From NCBI GenBank assembly GCA_000002435.2, contig CM018791.1: DNA of 64,000 nucleotides. One strand, 5' to 3'. The DNA comes from Giardia intestinalis. Taxonomy: Eukaryota. The notes under the pieces were generated by a model. It was given only the letters and a program-made list of their open reading frames with translations, ran no database searches and was not told the DNA's origin. Positions 30,136 through 39,003 of the stretch are shown piece by piece. Both the position numbers and the translations under genes were made by a program. How positions within the stretch are numbered: the stretch's first letter is position 1; every line of letters begins with the position of its first letter.

Positions 30136-30441
30136 CCTGGTATTATTTTGGTAATCTACCGTTTTGGAAACGGTCCGTTTTACATGGGTTCATATCTACA
30201 GGTCTACAGCGGTCCTGTATCTGTGGGGGCTTCTGTATCAGGAGCGAGAAGACCACCCGTGCGACCGTTTTACCCACCGGTGTCCTAGCGCTGGCTGGGG
30301 GCAAGAAAGCCTGCTCTCTTCTGGCCTCTGTGGAAACGGGTGGCTGTGTGCCCCACTGACAGCCATCACTTCACCCTATTGGCTAGCCGTCCCCCTGCAC
30401 AGCTGGAGAGGCCCTAGTACATTATCGAATGCGATCAACAG

Positions 30442-31116
30442 TTAGGCGAGTTCACTCATGGGCTTTCTGGGTGGCATCCGTAGCTGGGGCTCCTTCAGTC
30501 CAACGCCTTCACTCTCAAGAAAAGATACTATCTCGGAATGCTTCCAAATACTGGCCACGGAAAGAGCAGACATACCGCCTACATTCTTTTCCCTCTTCAG
30601 CAGTAACTTGACACAGTCTAGACGACCATAGCATGCTGCAAATGAGAGGGCAGTGCAGCCACGACACTTTTCCATGCAGCCCTCAACCTCCAGGAGTAGC
30701 CTCACGACCTCGGTGCGACCGTTTGCTGCCGCCCACATGAGGGCCGTCAGCTCGGTACTGCTTTTCATACCATTCTCGTGCTCCATTAACAGCCTCACAG
30801 CCTCAACGTGTCCAAGCACTGCAGCGACCATCAGGGCCGTCCCCCCGTGTATATCTACCATCCCTGCCTTGACAAGCTTTGCCACTTTTCCTGCCTGATA
30901 AGGAATGTAGCGCTCTACCGCATCCACGTCATTTCGTTTGGCCGCCTCCATGAGCTCGGTGACACCGTCCTCATCCTCGTCCTCATCAGTTACCTGCGGA
31001 GACCTAGTGGGACTGCTCTCGCCCACATCCTCATCATCTGTGTCCTTTTCAAGCATGAGGGGTGAGGTGTCGTCGTGCTCCTGAGAGTAATGATCTGAGT
31101 CATCCGCAGACGACAT
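30442..31116 (-). CDS. ankyrin-repeat protein with acidic N-terminal tail
   Basis: ATG at 31116 after GGAAATAAAAAATG. D/E-rich N-terminus (TDEDEDEDGVTELMEAAKRNDVDAV), then 4-5 ankyrin repeats (TALMVAAVLGHVEAVRLL…). Confidence 0.75.
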   Translation of the reverse strand: MSSADDSDHYSQEHDDTSPLMLEKDTDDEDVGESSPTRSPQVTDEDEDEDGVTELMEAAKRNDVDAVERYIPYQAGKVAKLVKAGMVDIHGGTALMVAAVLGHVEAVRLLMEHENGMKSSTELTALMWAAANGRTEVVRLLLEVEGCMEKCRGCTALSFAACYGRLDCVKLLLKREKNVGGMSALSVASIWKHSEIVSFLESEGVGLKEPQLRMPPRKPMSELA

Positions 31117-31923
31117 TTTTTATTTCCTATATCACAAAGGAAATACGTGTAACAGAAACTTGCGATTCACGGTATTATTTACAAATCATCCAGATAGCAT
31201 ATTTGCAGGCGAACTGATGATTTACTTCACCCATTGGGTACTTCCAGCTCTGACCGCGGTATCTGTTCGTGAGCGCGGTCCGGAGGTCTCCTAGGCAAAC
31301 CGCGCTCGATTCCTGGTAATCCCTAGAGATGAAGGTCGGCCGTGGGTAAGATAATTAGGAGCTTCCCTCTATTAATATAAAAGGACGATCAGAGACCAAT
31401 GCAGCTGCCTGCATCGGCACCTCCGCGTCTCTGGAGGCTCAGCCAGGGCCAGGGATCAGGCACAGCCACCCAGCGACCAGAGCGGAGGTCGAACATCTGG
31501 TCCGCCGAAAAGTGCGAAATGCTAGCGGGGCGTTGTCCAGTCACCAGATGGACTACCCAAGGGGAAGGCCAAGAACCGTCTCGAGATCCCCTATCTGAGC
31601 CCTGCATCGTTCGGGGAGTGAGGCGAGCCCGACGAGACCGGCCAAAGCGCCGCTTCCTGTCAGTGTGCTCCTAGCTTGGGACGGATCCGCAGGGCCATGA
31701 CAGCCCGTGAGCGTAGGAGGCTACCAGCGGGGCCAGAGAACTGTCCAGTTATACTGCAACACAGACATCGAGTGTAGAGCGTAACTGCGTAAAGGGATGG
31801 GAATGAAAAGAAGAAGGACCTTTTCTTCAGCACTCATCGTGCAAGCATGTTCAGGAATGATACCCACCTGCTCGCGTCCTGAGGCTTAGTTGCTGGTCAA
31901 CCCTGGCCACTGACTGTGCTTCA

Positions 31924-32508
31924 CTAGCCCATAAGGAACATGAGGCGGTATGCAGCATCGTCGTAACCCTGCTCGATAGACTCGGAGTCGGATACTAGGC
32001 CCCACGCAGGCGTGTCCTGGTCTTCGTGGACAGGTCCGCAAACCGGAAGACTCGCAGGGCGGTTGGACTCCATATCCGTTTGTGGAAGTGCCTGTGCTTT
32101 ACAGTATGCTGCATGAATCCGGGGATGGTCGATGGGGGAAAGCTCTGCAACGAGGTCTGTAGGCCTCAGCTGCTCCAGCCGCAAACCCTGCTCCTCCATC
32201 CTGTACGCCAACCGGAAGAGCAGCCGGCCATACTCCCGCCGCTTATGGCGGTAGGCCGTCCAGGCGGCGCGAATGTCGTTCCGGACCTTGCAGCGCGCCG
32301 CATTTGCTGACCGGCCATCGAGCCCAGCGGCCACCCGAGTCCAGGAGGTCCCGTGTTGTAGGAGAAGGACAGCAAGCTGCACTTCTTCGTCCTCGGTCCA
32401 GGGCCTATTCCGTTGACTTTGCGACCCGTCCCTCTGTGCCTGCTCTCCGGCCAGTCCTCCTGTGCAGCGCGCTTGTGTTCCTTCCTGGCGATGAGGCCTC
32501 GGTGGCAT
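31924..32508 (-). CDS. Myb/SANT-like single-repeat DNA-binding protein
   Basis: ORF track start 32574 is GTG; first ATG at 32508 follows GCGAAAATAGTTCC. Repeat WTEDEEVQLAVLLLQHGTSWTRVAAGLDGRSANAARCKVRNDIRAAW has the three spaced Trp of a Myb repeat. Very GC-rich. Confidence 0.55.
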   Translation of the reverse strand: MPPRPHRQEGTQARCTGGLAGEQAQRDGSQSQRNRPWTEDEEVQLAVLLLQHGTSWTRVAAGLDGRSANAARCKVRNDIRAAWTAYRHKRREYGRLLFRLAYRMEEQGLRLEQLRPTDLVAELSPIDHPRIHAAYCKAQALPQTDMESNRPASLPVCGPVHEDQDTPAWGLVSDSESIEQGYDDAAYRLMFLMG

Positions 32509-33203
32509 GGAACTATTTTCGCATGGAGCTGGGACGCGCGCACCCCTGTGATGGAAGTTGCATGCAACTTCCACTTTTCTCTATCTCGGCCACCCTTCAA
32601 CGTCGCGCCTTTAGGACACAGATACCCGTTGCGGCACGCAAACATTGCACAGGCTCGGACTCCCGTCCTTCGAACTCGCATAGCCATGAAGTCAAAATAG
32701 TTTGCACGTCGGAAACGTTCACCGAATCATCACAAACGTAAACGAACGTGGATAGAGAAGTGTGGGTTCAAAGGAGATCTTTCTAGCTTGGAAACAGGGT
32801 ACGTAGAAGGCTTGCACCACCATCGTCTGCTTCGTTAGCAGTGCAACTGTCGGCGAAAAGACCGCTAGCTGCATGTGGTAAAGAATATGCTTGGCTATTT
32901 ACTCTACGGCTGGATGCAGAGTCTATTTGGCGGAAATCCAAATAGTCAATCCTATATGTAAAATAAAATTGCCACACTTTCAGGCAACATATGAGAGACA
33001 CAATTTATCAATGATTGTGTGTTCCCGAGCTTCTATGATTTACGTAGTTTGGCAACTAAAGGATAGATAATCTTAGCTTAGTAAGTAAAATAGGCGGTTT
33101 GACAATACATAATGATTAATCAGATTTTAATGATGGGAGTCACAGATCCCCTGATCTGAAGTTTCATAGTGCTATGTTTAAATTGATAAATCACTTCTAC
33201 AAG

Positions 33204-35330
33204 TTAAATCGCCACGTCGACAGCTGTATTCTTAGCTTCGACGGTACCATCCTCATTGGTACAAAGGTTTTTAGAAAGTATTCTTTGAATCAAAGCCTCT
33301 GCGTCTGTGTCATCTTTAATGTGCTGATCCCCAGTGCTCAAAGAAACATACTTAGTATCTGGATAGACCGTGTTCATCCGCTCATTAACATATACCGAAG
33401 GAGGCTTCTGGTCATATAATGCGACAGATTTTTCCTTCGCAATATCCTCTTGCTCAATGATTCCTAGCTGCTGCCGATACCGTGCTATTTTCTCAAGTGT
33501 CTCTGCGCGCATAGAAAGTAGCGAGTTAGTTTGTGCTAGCCCCGTAGAAAATTGACCTCCCTTGGACGCATGCCACGCGTCAATGGGGTAATTTGTCCTT
33601 ACACCTTCCGTGTCCCGTAAAATAGTAACCAGGTGTTGCTCATCAGCCCGTAGCTGGGCTAAGATATTTGATATTGCATCGAAGTTGGTTCCTGTCATAT
33701 CAAGATCATCTTTTTTCAACAAGTTTAGTTCATAATACGTCTCGTCTGGAATAGAAATAAGTGGTTTGTTTGTTAGATTCTTTTCTGGCAATGTTACCTG
33801 CGGCTCCAAATCTAAGGAGGAGCTTTGTTTCTTAGATTCTGTGGCTGTATCTCGAGCAGTGTGACCTGAACGAATGGACTGTGCTGTCACGGGTCTGCAT
33901 AAGGGGGCTTCTGATTTTGCTGCTATGTGCGGAAGACACCCCACCCTTGTGATAGATGTGCGCTGACCAGATCGTATCTCTCCAGAGAGCATGGAAAAAT
34001 CGAATGGCCTACTTTCTGCTTTAGACTTCAATAGAGCAGCTGGGGCCATCTCTTCGCCATATGATGTTATCCTGCACCCGGATGAATCCCCATGCACCGC
34101 CGCGCGTGCTATAGTCAGAGGAAGTGACCGTCCTCTGAGCCTTCCAGTCTTCCTGAACGGAGCTGTTGTCCGCTTGATCATTGCGGTGTTGCTTCCTCCT
34201 GCTTGCCTGGGAATCGTGGCCATAGCTAGCTTTTCACCACCATTGATGTGATTACGTGTCTGTAACTCGCTGATCGCAATGATGTCTCGTCGATCAATCT
34301 CATTGAGAATTCTTCTGTTCAAAAGCTCTATTGCATCTGGAGTAGGATGGGCTGAATAATTTTTACCCAACATGGCAGCATCAGGGGTTATCCTCTTCCA
34401 CTTGCGTGGTGGGGCCTTAGAGACCATCCGAACCGCCTCTTCAAAGTCCTGGCCATTAATCTCGTAGGTTCCATCTGCACCTGACATAGAGATAGTAAGT
34501 CTGTCATATTTGGGGCGTTTGTTTCCGTTATATTTTCCTTTACCAAAAGAAGCGTCCTGGAGACGATCTGCTGAAGTAAATCCTCGGGCACTCATTGTAC
34601 GTAGCCGACTCTTTAGGTGCATCAGGTGTTCATCAACCTCTTCCAAAAGTAAGCGAGTGGAAACTTTATCGCTACACAGATGCTGTGACCCTCCGTGCGA
34701 AGTCACTTCATAGTTCGGATTTTCCTCACATTCTTCATCCACATAACTATGGCCATCGTTGAGCTTGTCTTCACAAAGCTGAAAAGACTCGTCTGTGGCC
34801 ACTGAGGAGAGACTATTATCCCTATCATTGACGTCAACCTGATAGGCGGATTGGCGTGGATACCTCACAGCGTTCATCGTTACCTTGAGCCGTTTTTCTT
34901 TCATAAGGGCGTCCATGTCAACATGAGGTCGAGCCTGTGCATCTATTTTAAACAGGTCGTCAAATTGCAGCCCATACGCATGCCCTGTAGAAGCTCCATT
35001 CTCCATGGTGTTCCTCATCAGCCTCCCCAGCCCTGGAGACAAGGTAACATGTGTGGGTGCTGGCATAGACTTGAATGTGACTAGAGGGTCTATGGTGTGG
35101 TGTGGCTTAGCAAAGTGAAGGGGTTTCGGCATAGTGGTTTGCTTTAAGTGGTAGGACCCGTCTGTATACCACCAGTTCTCATTTTCAACGGGAAGGTCAG
35201 ATTGAAGCAGTGCTGGGCTTTCGGATGCTTCTCCACCATGCTCATCTATCTCGCTATCCTCCACCTCATTCTCCGTATCACATGCTTGCTGTGTGGCAGG
35301 ATCATCAGTGTGCATGAGTGACGACTGCAT
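33204..35330 (-). CDS. hypothetical protein (708 aa)
   Basis: ATG at 35330 after GGAAATAAAAAAGG. Acidic N-terminus; no recognisable motifs. Confidence 0.6.
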   Translation of the reverse strand: MQSSLMHTDDPATQQACDTENEVEDSEIDEHGGEASESPALLQSDLPVENENWWYTDGSYHLKQTTMPKPLHFAKPHHTIDPLVTFKSMPAPTHVTLSPGLGRLMRNTMENGASTGHAYGLQFDDLFKIDAQARPHVDMDALMKEKRLKVTMNAVRYPRQSAYQVDVNDRDNSLSSVATDESFQLCEDKLNDGHSYVDEECEENPNYEVTSHGGSQHLCSDKVSTRLLLEEVDEHLMHLKSRLRTMSARGFTSADRLQDASFGKGKYNGNKRPKYDRLTISMSGADGTYEINGQDFEEAVRMVSKAPPRKWKRITPDAAMLGKNYSAHPTPDAIELLNRRILNEIDRRDIIAISELQTRNHINGGEKLAMATIPRQAGGSNTAMIKRTTAPFRKTGRLRGRSLPLTIARAAVHGDSSGCRITSYGEEMAPAALLKSKAESRPFDFSMLSGEIRSGQRTSITRVGCLPHIAAKSEAPLCRPVTAQSIRSGHTARDTATESKKQSSSLDLEPQVTLPEKNLTNKPLISIPDETYYELNLLKKDDLDMTGTNFDAISNILAQLRADEQHLVTILRDTEGVRTNYPIDAWHASKGGQFSTGLAQTNSLLSMRAETLEKIARYRQQLGIIEQEDIAKEKSVALYDQKPPSVYVNERMNTVYPDTKYVSLSTGDQHIKDDTDAEALIQRILSKNLCTNEDGTVEAKNTAVDVAI

Positions 35331-35391
35331 CCTTTTTTATTTCCCATTTCCGCGAGAGAAACAATCAGATAGAGAGTCTTTGTCCAGTAAT

Positions 35392-37254
35392 TCACATATT
35401 ATCTTCATTGTGTTGATCGTTCTGTGTAGCAGATGAGCGCTCATCTTCTCTGATAAGGGCGTCATCTTCTGGCCGCAAGACCTTCACGGATACCTTGTGG
35501 GGCTCCGGAATACTAATGGGAATTTTAGAGATCAAACGCGGATTGAGGCGCGCAATAGCAATGACTCCATATATGATAAATGGGATTCCCAGTGAAAAGA
35601 GACCAATTATGACCCAACACGTTTGCCGATAGTCAAACTTTATTGAGATATAACGAACTACTGGTATGAAAACTGAAGAGATTATATACTGAAGAGAGAA
35701 CACCAGGCCCAAGCTTGTCGCCGGAATCTTCCGCCCCGCAAGCGTAGTAATAACAAACGCAAAATTAGCTGCAAAGAAGCCTATTGAAATACCCAAAAAG
35801 GACATGGTTACTTGTGCAGAGAAAGCATTCTGGAACTTTTTTACCGCACCGAATATATATAGCGTTATTTGTGCCACAGTGTACATTATAGTTCCTAACA
35901 GGACAAAGAAGATTGGGCCAAAGTATGACAATCGGGACAGTAGGCCACTTATAAACAAAAAAATGGACGACAAAAGCTGGCTCAGACCAACGGCTAGCAC
36001 TGCGTCCTCATTTTTGATATTCAAGATGGAGGTGAGTGATAGAACAGAAGTTGCATTAAACGTACTAACAGCACCTATTACAAGGATTCGCGGGACCATA
36101 ACCATGAAGAGAGCCAAGGGTGCTTCCCTAATAGATCTGAACGAAGATAGGAACAGCTCCTTACAGCGTCGACAGGTGCACCTGCGAGTGCGCCTATTGG
36201 GGAGCTGATAGGTGATCTTCTTATTGCGTAAAGGAGCAGACTCGTCGCAGATAGTTATTTCCATAGTTTCTTCTGTTCCCATGACGCATGTGATGGACCC
36301 TTCAAATGAACAGAGGGTACTTATATCATTGATAGAAGCATCTGGATTGTCAAAATATACCATTATTTCAGATTGTGTAAACATTTGAGACGGCAGCTTT
36401 GTAGCGACTTCGCCTTTGTCGTCAGGGTTCCAATTCCTTGAGCGAGAGCGCGGGATAGCGAACTGTGATAGAAGAGTCTTGTTGTACTTGGCGGATGAGA
36501 CAGAAATGTTAGTCCTAGGATGCTCTATGCAGGACTGTGTCTCTGGCAGAGTCTCTGGAAAAGGAGTGTTAAGCTCTGCATTGGCTAACATATTTTGGCG
36601 CTGCAGATCTGCGATCGCCACATACTCATTCAGGAGATCGTCAAAGTACTTTCTCCTTACCTCCAGAAAAGTGTAGACAGCTCCTAATGTGGTAGAAAAG
36701 AATATCAAACATGCACATAACAAATAAGCCTCTCGAAGATTATTCATGGACCCTATCACGATACTTGCCAGCGTATGTCCAAGCATGACGCTAGCAAAGA
36801 TCAGCCCGAACCCCACTGGTTGCCAGCGGAGCGGTATGAAGTACTGCATGAGCCGTGCCTGGACCATGATCACAGCCTCGCCAGAGAGGCCAGAGGCAAA
36901 CTGGGCGATAATAAATTGAGTAGCCGTGGTGCAGAATGCACATGCTACTGCACAGAGAAGCTGCAGAACATGAATAGGAACTAGAAAATACTGGGGCCCA
37001 AATGTGTCTATAAAGAATGAAACAAGGAAAGTGCTGAAAAAGCACTGTACAGAGTTAATAGTTGCTGTGAGAGAGATGATGTCTTGTCTCTGGAAGGTGT
37101 CAATAATTAGTTTTGATAGAGGATTGGAGGAGCTTGTAAATATGTTAACAGGAACGAGCGTTATTGAGATAAAGAATATGTGGACGACGATAAGCGTTCC
37201 CTCAGTGCAGCGAGAGCGTCTGCGCAGCGGCATGAAGGACGCAAGCTCGTCCAT
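35392..37254 (-). CDS. MFS transporter (6+6 TM with a large central cytoplasmic loop)
   Basis: ATG at 37254 after AGTACTAAAATG. Two hydrophobic six-helix bundles separated by a soluble loop of about 190 aa. Confidence 0.65.
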   Translation of the reverse strand: MDELASFMPLRRRSRCTEGTLIVVHIFFISITLVPVNIFTSSSNPLSKLIIDTFQRQDIISLTATINSVQCFFSTFLVSFFIDTFGPQYFLVPIHVLQLLCAVACAFCTTATQFIIAQFASGLSGEAVIMVQARLMQYFIPLRWQPVGFGLIFASVMLGHTLASIVIGSMNNLREAYLLCACLIFFSTTLGAVYTFLEVRRKYFDDLLNEYVAIADLQRQNMLANAELNTPFPETLPETQSCIEHPRTNISVSSAKYNKTLLSQFAIPRSRSRNWNPDDKGEVATKLPSQMFTQSEIMVYFDNPDASINDISTLCSFEGSITCVMGTEETMEITICDESAPLRNKKITYQLPNRRTRRCTCRRCKELFLSSFRSIREAPLALFMVMVPRILVIGAVSTFNATSVLSLTSILNIKNEDAVLAVGLSQLLSSIFLFISGLLSRLSYFGPIFFVLLGTIMYTVAQITLYIFGAVKKFQNAFSAQVTMSFLGISIGFFAANFAFVITTLAGRKIPATSLGLVFSLQYIISSVFIPVVRYISIKFDYRQTCWVIIGLFSLGIPFIIYGVIAIARLNPRLISKIPISIPEPHKVSVKVLRPEDDALIREDERSSATQNDQHNEDNM

Positions 37255-37442
37255 TTTAGTACTTGTAAGGTGATTGTTTTAAGATTAATTACAAAACTAA
37301 GCCCTGCAACCTACCGAGAACATACATAAACAAGGTCACAAGGGACCGTATGAACAAGAGGAACAGTACGATTCACTAATGGTTGTGCGATTAAATATAT
37401 CGGCATGGAACTGTGTGAAGTGGTGATGGTATCACTGTGGTA

Positions 37443-38867
37443 TCACTGAGGAAGTAACGATTCTACAGGGCGGTGCTGGTAGTGCGTATGAAGAAGTTCG
37501 TGAGCCTCATGCTCTGTAAGACATCCGTTAAAGCCCCAGAGGGTCTTATTTTCTCCTGCTGATGCAAAGCGCTCCTTACCATCAAGTATATCAAGCGTAG
37601 ACGCACGCGTCAAGACCGCTTCTTTCTTTCCTTTAATCTTTGGCATCCCTCCACCATTCTGGCACCCGCCAGGGCAGGCCATCTGCTCGACAACGTCGCA
37701 TTCGACCTCCTTGTTGAGCACCATCCTTGCTGCTGCGTTGATAGCAGATCCGCCATGAGCGATAAGTGCACGGTATGTTTCTCCAGCTATTTCGCAGCTT
37801 ACCAGTTTCACTGTTTGCACCAATTGGCCCGGAGTCTTGAACTCCTTTAGTAGCTCTTCCTTGACGTTTTCTATTGGAGACTTCTTCATATAAGATATAA
37901 AGCGCAGGCAAGTCTCGGCAACACCGCCGGTCTTTCCAAATATATGCGACCCGCCACTGACGGTATTGAACGGCGCATCAAAGTCCCACTTCTTCTGAGT
38001 GGAGCGGCCAGGTCTTAGGACGAGTGCATCTGCTTCGACCTCCTCTAGAGTGAGACGAGCACCATGAAGGAAATACAGATGTTCCGCCACTTCGCGCACC
38101 GTCAAACATATGTCAACGTCTCGATTGAGCTGGGGGCGCATTGATTCATCCTTCTTTGCAGTGCAAGGCATGATGTCGGCGACATAGACGTCGTCAACAC
38201 TATCAACGATACCCTTGGGAATGAGATGCTCCTGGACCCAGCGTCTCTTGACCAACGTGGCAACCATTGCAACGCAGCTCTTCGCAGTCGACACCTGCGG
38301 AAGCAGCTCTGGATATTTCATCTCGCAAAGATTGACCCATGCCGGGCAGCAGCTCGTGAACACGGGTCCACGCCCCTCATGTTTGAAGTGAAGAAGCTCC
38401 TGGGTGTCAATGACCGTTGTTTCATCAGCCCCGAAATTCACGTCAAAAACGTAGTCGAAGCCTAAGTACTGCTTGAGCATGCGTATCAGCGAGTATATTG
38501 TGTTTGTACCTATTGGCAGGCCAAAGACGTCTCCAAACGCAACGCGCGTCGAAGGGGCAATGAGAGCCACCCTGACCTTTTTCGACGCAGACTCGCCCTT
38601 ATAGATCTCCAGGTTGTTCTTGGGAGCAATTGCGTCAACAGGGCATATGGTTGCACACTGCCCACAGCCAATGCAGTCGCTGTTGAAGAGGGTAGAGAGC
38701 TTGACTATCGGAGGGTACTTCGGCTTCTCGTTCTGCTTATAGACGCCTATCCCTTGAACATCACAGGCCTTGATGCACATGTTGCACCCGATACACTTGG
38801 CGTAGTCTATCATAATGGCGTTATTGGAGTCTACGCCGGTGACGTCATGCTGAGGCTTAGGGGGCAT
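37443..38867 (-). CDS. [FeFe]-hydrogenase (short monomeric form with N-terminal 2x[4Fe-4S] ferredoxin-like domain)
   Basis: ATG at 38867 after CCTTTAAAAATG. Ferredoxin motifs CIGCNMCIKACD and CIGCGQCATICPVDAI. H-cluster signatures FTSCCPAWV (L1), MPCTAKKDE (L2) and EQMACPGGCQNGGGMP (L3). AGTGAAT polyadenylation-like element downstream. Confidence 0.92.
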   Translation of the reverse strand: MPPKPQHDVTGVDSNNAIMIDYAKCIGCNMCIKACDVQGIGVYKQNEKPKYPPIVKLSTLFNSDCIGCGQCATICPVDAIAPKNNLEIYKGESASKKVRVALIAPSTRVAFGDVFGLPIGTNTIYSLIRMLKQYLGFDYVFDVNFGADETTVIDTQELLHFKHEGRGPVFTSCCPAWVNLCEMKYPELLPQVSTAKSCVAMVATLVKRRWVQEHLIPKGIVDSVDDVYVADIMPCTAKKDESMRPQLNRDVDICLTVREVAEHLYFLHGARLTLEEVEADALVLRPGRSTQKKWDFDAPFNTVSGGSHIFGKTGGVAETCLRFISYMKKSPIENVKEELLKEFKTPGQLVQTVKLVSCEIAGETYRALIAHGGSAINAAARMVLNKEVECDVVEQMACPGGCQNGGGMPKIKGKKEAVLTRASTLDILDGKERFASAGENKTLWGFNGCLTEHEAHELLHTHYQHRPVESLLPQ

Positions 38868-39003
38868 TTTTAAAGGTTTATATTTTTAGCCTATAACTTT
38901 TCAACGCAGTAGAGGTCAAAGTTTGCACGCTGTAGTAAACCATCAACAGGAACACAATCCAACTCATGACTAGTAAATCGTAAAAAAAGAAATCCGAAAA
39001 ATA

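Noticed and set aside
31290-31320. tRNA-like T-arm (cgcgctcgattcc) in the 31.1-31.9 kb spacer
   Set aside because: Position 54 would be C where T is nearly invariant, and no convincing acceptor or anticodon arms flank it.
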